Source of the DNA: Longimicrobiales bacterium
GTDB taxonomy: Bacteria; Gemmatimonadota; Gemmatimonadetes; Longimicrobiales; Gaopeijiaceae
Assembly: GCA_965248195.1 (NCBI GenBank)
Contig: CBDFIQ010000002.1
Span: 64,001 to 128,000 of the forward strand
Length of the DNA: 64,000 bases
Direction: 5' to 3'
Part shown: piece after piece, positions 1-9,135 of the stretch
Layout of the letters: every line of letters starts with the position of its first letter
Numbering within the stretch: position 1 is the first letter of the stretch
Position numbers and translations under genes: made by a program
The notes under the pieces: generated by a model
Database searches by the model: none
What the model saw: the letters and a program-made list of their open reading frames with translations, nothing else
Told to the model about the DNA's origin: nothing

Positions 1-669
1 CATGACCATACGGTCGAGACGCCACTGTCCGCCCTTGTACTGCTGGTATCCTTCGACCCTCAGCGACTTCACGTGTGTGTCTTCGCGATCGTAGTAGTCC
101 ACCCGAAGGAGCCTGTACTCTTCCGTGTCCATCCAGAGTACCTGCCGCGCGTATGCCGACCCGTCGTCGAGCGGAAATCGCTCCAGGACGTGCGAGGCAG
201 TCCCATCCAGCGTCTCCTCTCTTAAGTACCGATATCGGTACTGCCGCAGATCCTGCGATCCGATGTCCTCGAATGTGAACTCGCTGCCCATGAACGAGCT
301 GGACCGGTTGCTGGTCGCGATTCTCCGAGTACGTCGGATGGCCGGGAGATACAGCCATTGATCACTGGGCGAGTCGGGGTGCGAGACGGTGAGGATCGAC
401 GTCCCCTGCAGGTCCCGGGGAAGATCGAAGACGACGAGCGTCTTGTCCCCGTCCTCGGGGACCTCGAGCCCGAGGATGTGCATCTCGCGGACCCGCTCCG
501 AGCCGTCGGACCCCCTGAGAGTCATCGTCATCGCGGCGGTGAAGTCGGCATATCCCGACACACGGCGATCCGCTTCGTCGACGACCGCCCCTGCGCACGG
601 GTCGGGGGCCTGCGCCCACGCGGGCGTGCCGATCAACAGGAGTGCTACAGGAAGGGTGAACTTGTTCAT
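1..669 (-). CDS. Outer-membrane lipoprotein-sorting (LolA-like) periplasmic protein; runs off the window edge
   Basis: Not in the ORF track. Manual translation from ATG 669: MNKFTLPVALLLIGTPAWAQ (signal peptide)...DQWLYLPAIRRTRRIATSNRSSSFMGSEFTFEDI, a hallmark of LolA-like proteins that follow MMPL genes. Confidence 0.85.
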   Translation of the reverse strand, partial: MNKFTLPVALLLIGTPAWAQAPDPCAGAVVDEADRRVSGYADFTAAMTMTLRGSDGSERVREMHILGLEVPEDGDKTLVVFDLPRDLQGTSILTVSHPDSPSDQWLYLPAIRRTRRIATSNRSSSFMGSEFTFEDIGSQDLRQYRYRYLREETLDGTASHVLERFPLDDGSAYARQVLWMDTEEYRLLRVDYYDREDTHVKSLRVEGYQQYKGGQWRLDRMVM

Positions 670-684
670 GAGCAGTATCCTCGT

Positions 685-2991
685 TCAGGTCCGAGTCGGA
701 CCGATTCCGTTACGACTGGATGCCACCTCGATCAGCGAGGGAAGCGCGAACAGGTCGGCGAATACGGCGGCAACCACGCTGACCGCCGTCATCGTCCCGA
801 CCAGTACCAAGACCTGGAATTGCGACATCAGAAGCAGGGAGAACCCGGCGCCCATCGCCAAGCTGGTCATCAGGATCGGCGGGCCGGTCTCGCGTAGCGT
901 GTCCTCTACGGCATCTCGAACGCTCAGATTGGCCGCCAGATGGTCTCGCAGCTTGGACAGGAAGTGGAGCGTGTCGTCCACCGCCAACCCGAATGCGATG
1001 GAGAAGACCAGTATGGTGGAGGGCTTCAGGTCGACGCCCAGAACCTTCATCGCGGCCATCAGCATCAGGAGCGGGAAAACGTTCGGGACGAGGCCGAGGA
1101 GCCCGAGCTTGAACGAGCCGAACATGCGCACCATCGCCGCGAAGACGAGCACGAGCGCGATGAGCAGGCTCGGCCCGAACGTCTTCACGAGGCTGGACTG
1201 GTAGGTCTGCGCCATTTGCGCCGTCCCCGTGGGTGCAGCCGTCCCGATCGGTGGCGGATCGTTCGTGAGGAAGGCCTCGATGCGCTCGAGGAGGGGCAGC
1301 ATCAATACCGAGCCCTCGTCACGCACGGAGAGGACGATCTGTGCCACGCCCGCGTCCCGCAGGTACACGTCCTCCACCCTGCTCTGCTCGTTCATTTCGG
1401 CGAGGAAGAGCAGCTGCGCGGCTTCCTCCTCGCTCTGAGGCAGACCGGTCTCTTCGTCTCCGACGATCCCCCGGCGGAGCTCGGCCATGAGGTCCGGGAG
1501 ACCCAGGGCCTTGAGGACCAGCGGCTCGTTCCGCGCGAAGTCCTCGAACCGCGCCATCCAGGCCAGCATCTCGGGATCGTGGAGGACGCCGTCACCTTCG
1601 CCGCGGATGAACAGATTGACCTGAAAGACGCCGAAGCCGTGCGCCTCGATCCAGTCCAGGTCCTGCACGGGAGCACTCTCGGGCCCCATGTCGTCCATGA
1701 TGAACGTGTTCACCCTGAGGGTGGATCCCATGGTAAGACCGACAGCGCTGATGATCGCGAAGGAGAGGACCGCCCAGGACGCGTGCCCACCAGACAGTGA
1801 CAGCGCGCCTCTCAACGTCGCACGGATCCAACCGGGACTCAGGCCGCGATCGTTGAACTTCAGCCTGGCGGTGAAGCCCAGAAGCGCCGGCAGGAGCGTC
1901 ATGCTGAAGACGTACGTCAGCAGGATCGCCACCGCCGTGAAGAACCCAAATTCCATGATGATGCCGATTCGTGTTCCGACCAGGCTGAGGAACCCGATGG
2001 CGGTCGTGGCCGACGTATAGAAGCACGCGATCGAAAGCGCGGAGAACGTGCGGGCGATCGCTTCCTCGTTATCCTTGAGCTCGCTCCGGTCGTGGCGATA
2101 GCGAGCGAGCAGGTGGATCGCATCGCTGACCCCGACCACCAGCACGATGATCGGAATGAAGCTGGTGAGGATGCTGATGCTACGACCGCTCAGCCCGAGC
2201 AGGGCAACTGCGCACAGGTACGCGGGGAGCACTGAGGTCAGGCAGAGCATGACGTGGCCAAGGTGCCGGAAGAAGTAGAAGAGGATACCGCAGAAGACGA
2301 GGAAGCCGCCGCCGAGGAAAAGTGCCTGATCCACCTCGAGCATCTTCGGGATGCGAGAACGGAATACCGGCACTCCTGCCAGGGTGGCTCTCGTCGCAGC
2401 GTCGTCTATGTTCTCCAGCGCCTCCGTGATTGCCCCTTCTATCTCGGTGCGACGCGCATGCGTGTTGAGCTCGGGCTCGAGATATCCGGAGACCGTGAAT
2501 ACGGATTGGTCCTCATTCCACAACAGACCACTGAAGAGCTCGTTGGCCCGGTGGCGGTCCAACATCCCGCGGATCATCGCGTCGGAGAGCTCGGGCTCTT
2601 CGACGAGGCGATAGAGGTGGGTCGCCACCTCACCGTCCAGATCGACGGTCTCGGTGACCTCCGTGTTGCCGAACCACTGGACGTCTATGAGCCCGGCGTC
2701 CTCGAAGACTTCGGCCACACGCTCGAGGTCGTGGAACATCGGTAGCCCGGGGGCACGCTCGTCCTCCCAGAACATCGTGAACTGGGCGTCCTCTTTCTCG
2801 AAGTAGCGCTTGTAGTCGTCGTACGTCTCGCGCTCGACTCCGAACGAGGGGAAGAACTGCTCCATGCCGTAGTTGATCGGCACACGGCCACCGTAGACGG
2901 CTGCGGCCCCGGTCACCACCGCCGCGATCGCGGTCACCGAGCGTCGGTGCGCAACGATCCAGCGGAAGTACGCCTCTTTGTCGACGCTCAT
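685..2991 (-). CDS. MMPL/RND-family exporter
   Basis: Two TM/periplasmic halves with GVSDAIH and GLAVDDTLH motifs. Start placed at MSVDKE (ORF track extends to 3054). Confidence 0.9.
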   Translation of the reverse strand: MSVDKEAYFRWIVAHRRSVTAIAAVVTGAAAVYGGRVPINYGMEQFFPSFGVERETYDDYKRYFEKEDAQFTMFWEDERAPGLPMFHDLERVAEVFEDAGLIDVQWFGNTEVTETVDLDGEVATHLYRLVEEPELSDAMIRGMLDRHRANELFSGLLWNEDQSVFTVSGYLEPELNTHARRTEIEGAITEALENIDDAATRATLAGVPVFRSRIPKMLEVDQALFLGGGFLVFCGILFYFFRHLGHVMLCLTSVLPAYLCAVALLGLSGRSISILTSFIPIIVLVVGVSDAIHLLARYRHDRSELKDNEEAIARTFSALSIACFYTSATTAIGFLSLVGTRIGIIMEFGFFTAVAILLTYVFSMTLLPALLGFTARLKFNDRGLSPGWIRATLRGALSLSGGHASWAVLSFAIISAVGLTMGSTLRVNTFIMDDMGPESAPVQDLDWIEAHGFGVFQVNLFIRGEGDGVLHDPEMLAWMARFEDFARNEPLVLKALGLPDLMAELRRGIVGDEETGLPQSEEEAAQLLFLAEMNEQSRVEDVYLRDAGVAQIVLSVRDEGSVLMLPLLERIEAFLTNDPPPIGTAAPTGTAQMAQTYQSSLVKTFGPSLLIALVLVFAAMVRMFGSFKLGLLGLVPNVFPLLMLMAAMKVLGVDLKPSTILVFSIAFGLAVDDTLHFLSKLRDHLAANLSVRDAVEDTLRETGPPILMTSLAMGAGFSLLLMSQFQVLVLVGTMTAVSVVAAVFADLFALPSLIEVASSRNGIGPTRT

Positions 2992-3202
2992 TCTCCGTAT
3001 CCTCCTGGGCTTGATCCTGTTCACGCCTAGAGGATACGTCACCGGGCACCCCATTACCCTACGTCAAATTACGTAGTCTGGAACCGTGATTACGTATACT
3101 TCTGCTTGCGCCCACCGGCCTGCTCTCGGATGTTGATCTTGGTCCGATCACGTTGACCCGATCCGGCAATGGGCCTTTGTTTTTCCTATCCCTGGCGCAC
3201 TG

Positions 3203-6200
3203 ATGACAGAGCTCACACGCCACCTCGCCGCGGTGATGTTCACCGACGTGGTGGGCTATACAACCATCATTGCGGAGGACGAGAAGGCTGGGCTCGCCGC
3301 CCGCAAGAGGCACCGGGATGCCCTGGAGACGGCCATCGCCCACAGCAATGGTCGGCTCATTCAGTACTTCGGCGACGGTAGCCTGAGCATTTTCCCCAGT
3401 GCCGTTGTGGGCGTCACCGCGGCAATCGCGGTCCAAAGGCACCTCCACTCGGCTCCGAGCCTCCCCGTTCGAATCGGCCTGCACGTCGGCGACATCGCCT
3501 ACGATGAGCAAGGGGCGTACGGCGATGCCGTCAACATTGCCTCGCGGATCGAGAGCCTAGCCGTTCCGGGTGGGATCCTGATCTCGCGTAAGGTCGTCGA
3601 CGAGATCAGGAATCATCCGGAGCTCCCGACCGTACGGCTCGGCACGGTCGAGCTCAAGAACGTGCGTGACCCGGTAGAGGTGTATGCGATCTACACTGAA
3701 GGCGTCGAGGTCCCCAGACCCACTGAACTGGCAAGAGAGGGAGACGGGTCCGCCGCCGAACATGCGTCCCCTCTTCCGGAATCTCTGCGGGCCCACCTCG
3801 ACCGAATGCAACCACGCCTCGTTTATCGTGAGCGCGGGACCGGAGCGTTCCCACGAACTCTGCCCTTCGTGGGCCGTGCGGCGGAAATGGATGCACTCCG
3901 AACGCTATTGGAGACCACTCAGTCGGGTCGGGGCGGAACCGCCCTGATCTGTGGCGATCGCGGGGTCGGAAAGTCTCGACTCGCTGAGGCTGTGGCACAG
4001 CACGCTCGCGAACGCGGCTGGTTGGTCGCACTCGGTCGTGCCTACCCGGCAGAAAGGCTGGTCTCGTTCGCGCCGCTGTCGGATGCGCTTGTTCCGATCC
4101 TTCGAGGGATCGATGCGACGACCCTCCAAGCGTTAATAGGGGACGAGAACCTCATCTATAACCTGTTCCCAGCATTGGGGCCCAGCTCGCCGAGCCTCGG
4201 TCTCAGATACGCAGACCCGACCGAACTGCAGGCACGGCTCTTCGACCGCCTTACGGCCCTCCTGATCCGCCTAGCCGAACATCAGCCCATACTGATCATC
4301 TTGGAGGATCTCCAGTGGTCGGACGAGTCGTCAATCGAGTTCCTGCATTTTGTCGCCCGCCAGACTGCAAACGAGCCTATATTCTTCATCTGCCAGTACA
4401 GCGAGCACTACCTTGCACACGACCACCCCCTGCGCACGGTTGAGCAGTCGCTTCTCAGGATCAACGTCGCGACACGCTTCCAGCTCGACCCGCTGACCAT
4501 GCGCCAGACTGAGGACCTCGTCCGAGAGGCTTTCGAGGCAAAAGATCCCGCGGTTTCGCAGTTTGCCAGCAAGCTATTCCATTGGACCGGCGGCAATCCC
4601 TTGTTCCTCGAGGGCACGCTGCGCGCTCTAGTCGAGACACGGCATCTTTTTCAGGAAGACGGAGCTTGGCGTGGCTGGCAAGTCGAAGAGTTCGACGTGC
4701 CGCGATCGGTGCGGGATCACCTGCTCGCACTTGCCGGAGAACTCTCGCCAACCGCCCGCCAAGTCGCTGACCTCGCCTCAGTGATCGGCGTACGCTCATC
4801 ACATGACGTCCTCGAGTCCGTGTGTCAACTGAATGAAGACCAGCTGGGAGAAGCCCTGGACGAGCTTCAACGGGCCCAGATTCTGGCCGAGGTGGATCTG
4901 GATCGGGCGATCGGGTACGACTTCTGCCATCCACTGATTCGGGAGACGCTTCAGTTCCACCTTTCGGCCACACGTCGCCGCGCTTTACATGGTCACGTGG
5001 CCCACGCCCTTGAGCAATTCTACGCGGACCGGGCAAGGGCTCATGCGGCCGAGTTGGCCCACCACTTTGCACGCGCGCATAGGCGAGGGGCCGGTGCGAA
5101 GGCCGTGCTCTACCTGGCGCTGGCGGGTAAGGATGCGTTGTCACGGCAAGCGAATCCGGAAGCGGTCAAGCATCTGCGTGCGGCTCTCGACCAGATCGAT
5201 GGCACGGGGTGGAAAGCCGGAAGCGAAGGATTCGATCAGCTGATCGATTTCGACACCGACGACATCGTGAAGGCCCTCGCCCGCGCCGAGACCAGGCTCG
5301 GCAACTATGAGGCAAGTATAGACCTCTGGAGGCGGGCGCTGGCGGGCGCACACACCAGGGACGACAGCCGCCAGTTGGCCGGCATCCACCGCGAGATCGG
5401 GCTCGCTTTCTTCTGGGATGCTCGTCTGGAAGAGGCGCAAGATGAGTTCCAGGAAGGTCTGCGCGTGGCCCGAGCCATAGGCGAAGATCTGATGGTCGCG
5501 AGCATCGACCTCTCATCGAGCTTGTGCTATCAGCATGTGGGACGACAACAAGAGGCACGCCAGGCGGCTGAAGAATCACTGAGCCTGGGAGAGAAACATG
5601 GCAATGTACCTCTCCTGGCGCGGGCTCACATTTCGATGGCTCGCCTGCATCTGTGGCTGGGCGAGCCAGACGCGGCGAAGATCCACAGCGAAAAAGCGCT
5701 CGAGCTCGCCACGGAGTGTGGTGATCCGGGCGTGGTTTACTGGAGTCACTGGGCGACCGGGGTCATGGAGGGTATGCGAGGCAACACTCGCGAGATCGCT
5801 CTCCGCATCGAGGCGATGAACCAGATCGTCGACGACGTGCGCTCGCCAACCTTGAAGCTCTGGACCGCCGAACTCTCCATCGAGCACGCCTACTGCTATG
5901 GAGATTGGGACGCCGGAATGGAGCTGGGGGAGTCGGCTGTCGATCTCGCTCGCTCGCTGAACCAGAAGACCCTCCTGCCTCGACTTCTCGTGTGGCTTTC
6001 CCTGATTTACATCGGCCGTGGTGACTTCGACCGGGTGAAAGAGCTCACGGACGAGGCGTGGGAGGTATCCGGCGCCGATCTTGCCGCCGATCAGAGCGGG
6101 TTCATTGACGTCCACACGGTGGTTCCGGCGCACATCGGACGAGCGGCGTACCACCTCGGCGTCGAAGAATGGCAAGAGGCGATTCGTGTGGGTGAGGCCG

Positions 6201-6721
6201 GTCTCGCCATCGCCGAGAGGACGGGGTACGCAATGTGGAGCATCCATCGTCTGCTTCCGCTCGTGGGCGAAGCCTACCTGCAGTCCCGCAACCTCGAGCA
6301 GGCCAAGAGAATCAGCGAGCGACTCCGAAGCCTGTCCGCACCGCTGGGACACCCACTAGGTTTGGCCTGGGCCGATGCCTTAGACTCGATCATCGCATGG
6401 TTGGAAGGTGACAGCGAGCGCGGTGCCGACCTGCTTCGCAAGGCCGCGGACCTGCTCGACGCGTTTCCGATGAGGCTAGACGCCACGCGCCTCCGCCGGC
6501 AACTCGCGGGGCGCCTGGCTGAGATCGGAGACCGCGATGGTGCGCTTCCGGAGCTCCGTTCCGTGCACGCGACCTTTGCATGGCTCGGTTGCGCAGGCGA
6601 GTTGCAAAAGACGCGTGTGCAGTTCGGCGAATTGAACGCAGAGCCACCGCCGCTGGTTCACACTGACAGCCGCGGTGGTGCATGGCTCGTAGCTGAGGAC
6701 GGATCCGCCGCCGCCCAATAG
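3203..6721 (+). CDS. Class III nucleotide cyclase domain + STAND (AAA_16-type) ATPase + TPR repeats
   Basis: N-terminal MFTDVVGYT...FGDG...RIGLHVGD...GDAVNIASRIE; Walker A GDRGVGKS; Walker B ILEDLQWSD; TGGNPLF; helical TPR-like C-terminus. Confidence 0.88.
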   Translation: MTELTRHLAAVMFTDVVGYTTIIAEDEKAGLAARKRHRDALETAIAHSNGRLIQYFGDGSLSIFPSAVVGVTAAIAVQRHLHSAPSLPVRIGLHVGDIAYDEQGAYGDAVNIASRIESLAVPGGILISRKVVDEIRNHPELPTVRLGTVELKNVRDPVEVYAIYTEGVEVPRPTELAREGDGSAAEHASPLPESLRAHLDRMQPRLVYRERGTGAFPRTLPFVGRAAEMDALRTLLETTQSGRGGTALICGDRGVGKSRLAEAVAQHARERGWLVALGRAYPAERLVSFAPLSDALVPILRGIDATTLQALIGDENLIYNLFPALGPSSPSLGLRYADPTELQARLFDRLTALLIRLAEHQPILIILEDLQWSDESSIEFLHFVARQTANEPIFFICQYSEHYLAHDHPLRTVEQSLLRINVATRFQLDPLTMRQTEDLVREAFEAKDPAVSQFASKLFHWTGGNPLFLEGTLRALVETRHLFQEDGAWRGWQVEEFDVPRSVRDHLLALAGELSPTARQVADLASVIGVRSSHDVLESVCQLNEDQLGEALDELQRAQILAEVDLDRAIGYDFCHPLIRETLQFHLSATRRRALHGHVAHALEQFYADRARAHAAELAHHFARAHRRGAGAKAVLYLALAGKDALSRQANPEAVKHLRAALDQIDGTGWKAGSEGFDQLIDFDTDDIVKALARAETRLGNYEASIDLWRRALAGAHTRDDSRQLAGIHREIGLAFFWDARLEEAQDEFQEGLRVARAIGEDLMVASIDLSSSLCYQHVGRQQEARQAAEESLSLGEKHGNVPLLARAHISMARLHLWLGEPDAAKIHSEKALELATECGDPGVVYWSHWATGVMEGMRGNTREIALRIEAMNQIVDDVRSPTLKLWTAELSIEHAYCYGDWDAGMELGESAVDLARSLNQKTLLPRLLVWLSLIYIGRGDFDRVKELTDEAWEVSGADLAADQSGFIDVHTVVPAHIGRAAYHLGVEEWQEAIRVGEAGLAIAERTGYAMWSIHRLLPLVGEAYLQSRNLEQAKRISERLRSLSAPLGHPLGLAWADALDSIIAWLEGDSERGADLLRKAADLLDAFPMRLDATRLRRQLAGRLAEIGDRDGALPELRSVHATFAWLGCAGELQKTRVQFGELNAEPPPLVHTDSRGGAWLVAEDGSAAAQ

Positions 6722-6830
6722 GGGGATCACTCCGAGCGGTAGCTGTCGGGCATTCCGAGACGGAGACGCTCTCGGCCTCCCATCAGTCCCATCCAGCCAT
6801 TGCACCGCCCCGTAGTGGTACAGTTTCTTT

Positions 6831-7041
6831 CACAACCCGACGATCCCAGACTTGACCGAAAGCATGAGCTTCACCTTGCTAAGGGGTGAATCCGCAAAGG
6901 GGGGAAATCTCGAAATACCGGAACATATGTTTTCCGGCGCAACCCTTTTGGGAAACGTTCGGGCGTTCTGATTCGAGGACCTATGAGTCCACGTCGTGGG
7001 AGAGACGGCCACCTCCATCGTTCGGAGGTGGACGTCTTTTT
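6831..7041 (+). ncRNA. Candidate structured non-coding RNA, family not recognised
   Basis: No credible ORF. Extended -10 TGGTACAGT (6816-6824) upstream, several nested stems, and a hairpin plus T-run at 7003-7041. Confidence 0.35.
7003..7041 (+). terminator. Hairpin repeat copy 1 / intrinsic terminator
   Basis: AGACGGCCACCTCC-ATCGTTC-GGAGGTGGACGTCT followed by TTTT. Confidence 0.65.
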
Positions 7042-7182
7042 CGTTCGGGGCGTGATGGGTGGAGTAGAGCCGTTCCCCTACGTAATCTGCGCTTCGCTGC
7101 TACGTAGTTTGACCTATCCTGTCGTAACCCGACTGAGCGCATCTTCCCCGTACACTCACATCGTAAATGGAGGAAGATCAAA

Positions 7183-7281
7183 ATGAAGAAGCGCACACTG
7201 CAACTCGTCTGCATCATGATGCTTTGGTCGATGACCGCCTGTGTCGTCCATTCCCACCATCCCGAACCCTGGTGGTGGTAG
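7183..7281 (+). CDS. 32-aa putative micro-lipoprotein MKKRTLQLVCIMMLWSMTACVVHSHHPEPWWW
   Basis: GGAGG RBS upstream, basic N-terminus, hydrophobic core, lipobox-like MTAC. Below the ORF-track length cutoff. Confidence 0.55.
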   Translation: MKKRTLQLVCIMMLWSMTACVVHSHHPEPWWW

Positions 7282-7330
7282 ACATCCAGCCGGAACCTGT
7301 CAACGACAATGGGACACTCTACGGGATTAA

Positions 7331-8338
7331 TTAGAGAGCAATATCCTGTGTGGTGAGGGAAGGGATGGGAGGATTGATGTAGACGGCCTCCGGGAGCGGT
7401 TTGGGCTTCGGCACACCTGTGACGAAGCGTTCGGGATGAGCGGCCCATGCTTCGCGGAGCACGGATTTCCTGCCGGCAATGACCTGATCGGCGTTCCCGA
7501 AGTGGACCTGCTCGGGGGTTAGCATCGAGATACCGCCATGGCGGTGCTCGGCATTGTACCAGCGGAAGAACGATCGACACAACGTCTTGGCCTGGCCCTG
7601 ATCCCCGAACCGCCCGGGAAACGAGGGATGGTACTTCAAGGTTTTGAACTGAGCCTCGGAAAACGGGTTGTCATCCGACACCTGAGGCCGGCTCAACGAG
7701 CGAGTCACGCCGAGGTCAGCGAGAAGTTGAGCGGTGCATTGGCTCGTCATTGGAGCTCCCCGATCCGAGTGCAGGGTCAGGACCCGGGGCTGGACGCCAT
7801 GCTTCAGGCAGCTCTGCTGGATCAACCGGCCGGCCAGGGCCGAGTTCTCCCGGTCCGCCACCATCCAGCCCACGACGTAGCGGCTGTAGATGTCCATGAT
7901 GACGTAGAGGTAGTAATAGCTCCACTTCTTCGGCCCGAGTAGCCGCGTGATATCCCAGGACCACACCTGGTTCGGCGCCGTGGCCATCAACTCGGGCTTC
8001 TTGTACTCGGGATGGGTGCGCTGCGCCCGGCGTTCCTGAACCGGCACCTCGGAGGCCAGAACACGATACATCGTGCGTTCGCTGCACAGGTAGACCTCTT
8101 CGTCGAGCAGCGTGGCCACCACCTCGGCGGGTGAGCGGTCCACGAACCGCTCCGAACACAGCGTGTCGAAGACCTCGCCTCGTTCCGTCTCGCTCAATGC
8201 CCGGGCGGGCGTCGGGCGGGGCTGCCGTTGCCCGGTCGATGGGCCTCGACGACGGTAGAACGTCGATCGGGAGACCTCGAGAGCCGCGCACGCCGGTTTT
8301 ACACCGACGTGCTTAGCCAGCTCATCGGCCGCCTTCAA
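7331..8338 (-). CDS. IS3-family transposase OrfB (DDE integrase core)
   Basis: PNQVWSWDIT...LHSDRG...DNPFSEAQFKTLK. Confidence 0.95.
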   Translation of the reverse strand: MKAADELAKHVGVKPACAALEVSRSTFYRRRGPSTGQRQPRPTPARALSETERGEVFDTLCSERFVDRSPAEVVATLLDEEVYLCSERTMYRVLASEVPVQERRAQRTHPEYKKPELMATAPNQVWSWDITRLLGPKKWSYYYLYVIMDIYSRYVVGWMVADRENSALAGRLIQQSCLKHGVQPRVLTLHSDRGAPMTSQCTAQLLADLGVTRSLSRPQVSDDNPFSEAQFKTLKYHPSFPGRFGDQGQAKTLCRSFFRWYNAEHRHGGISMLTPEQVHFGNADQVIAGRKSVLREAWAAHPERFVTGVPKPKPLPEAVYINPPIPSLTTQDIAL

Positions 8339-8784
8339 GAGTTCGTCCCGTCGTCGAGGCTTATCCCCAGCAGCCCCGCAACTTTTCCCTGCACGTCGAT
8401 GATCAGGTGTGCCTTCCTGAGCTCATTCTCGAGCCGTGCGTTTTGCCGCTCCAGCTTGCGTACCTTCTCATCCAGCGGATTCCGCTCCGGCTTGCGGCCG
8501 CGTTTCTTCGACAGGGCCTTCAGCGACCCGCTATGCGCCGCCTTGCGCCACGTCGTCAGGTGCGACGAGTACAGGCCCTCGCGCCGCAGGAGCTGACCCA
8601 CCTCGCCGGGCTCGGTGCACCGGTCCGCTTCTTCGACGATCCGCAGCTTGTACGATGGACTGAACCGCCGGCGTAGCGGCCTATCTACTACCTCCGGGTC
8701 CGCAGGAGCTGCCGCGCTTCGCTTGGCCTCCCCGATTCCAGGGGCACTACCATTCTCTTCCATTCTCTCTCGCAGTCCCAACAT
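8335..8784 (-). CDS. IS3-family transposase OrfA (HTH)
   Basis: RRRFSPSYKLRIVEEA...LLRREGLYSSHLTTWRK plus a coiled coil; 4-bp overlap with OrfB. Confidence 0.92.
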   Translation of the reverse strand: MLGLRERMEENGSAPGIGEAKRSAAAPADPEVVDRPLRRRFSPSYKLRIVEEADRCTEPGEVGQLLRREGLYSSHLTTWRKAAHSGSLKALSKKRGRKPERNPLDEKVRKLERQNARLENELRKAHLIIDVQGKVAGLLGISLDDGTNS

Positions 8785-8880
8785 GTTCGTTTTCTCTGCC
8801 TTCGCCCTACTCTAATTCTTTGCGTGCTCCGTGTCTCACGTACGTTGGCAGAGAGGGAGCCGCTCGGCCTCCCCACATAC

Positions 8881-8907
8881 GGCCACCCCCATCGTTCGGA
8901 GGTGGCC
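8881..8907 (+). repeat. Hairpin repeat copy 2 (GGCCACCCCCATCGTTCGGAGGTGGCC)
   Basis: Identical to 19556-19582 and 25/27 identical to 7007-7033. Confidence 0.8.
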
Positions 8908-9135
8908 GTCTTCTCGTTCAGGATACTGTGTCCCGATTGTGTCCCAAGAGGCGGCGAAAGGTGGCGGATGGAAAATGGCCCACTTTCACATTTCCCGGTT
9001 GGAGACATAGCCCACGGTCTCTTTAGAGGGGGCCCACGTCGCCAGCGTCTTGCCAGATCGCGCCGGCCAGTTGCGGATCTGCGGGGGGCAGGGGAGAATG
9101 AGGTAGACGCTACCGGACTTGAGGAGGATCATCCC

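Larger units (their letters stand above)
7291..8857 (-). mobile_element. IS3-family insertion sequence, copy 1 (1567 bp), 3-bp target duplication AGC
   Basis: Near-identical to 51948-53514. Sub-terminal IRs TGTCAACGACAATGGGACAC / TGCCAACGTACGTGAGACAC; AGC at 7288-7290 and 8858-8860. Confidence 0.95.

Noticed and set aside
6880..6910. c-di-AMP (ydaO) or cobalamin riboswitch suggested by GGGGTGAATCC
   Set aside because: The other conserved elements of those families are absent.
8824..9135. N-terminal extensions of ORFs 8824-10152, 53477-54622 and 53481-53882 starting inside IS3
   Set aside because: Read-through from the IS end; the real starts are at 9136 and 53879, and 53481 is the distal half of the broken sigma gene.
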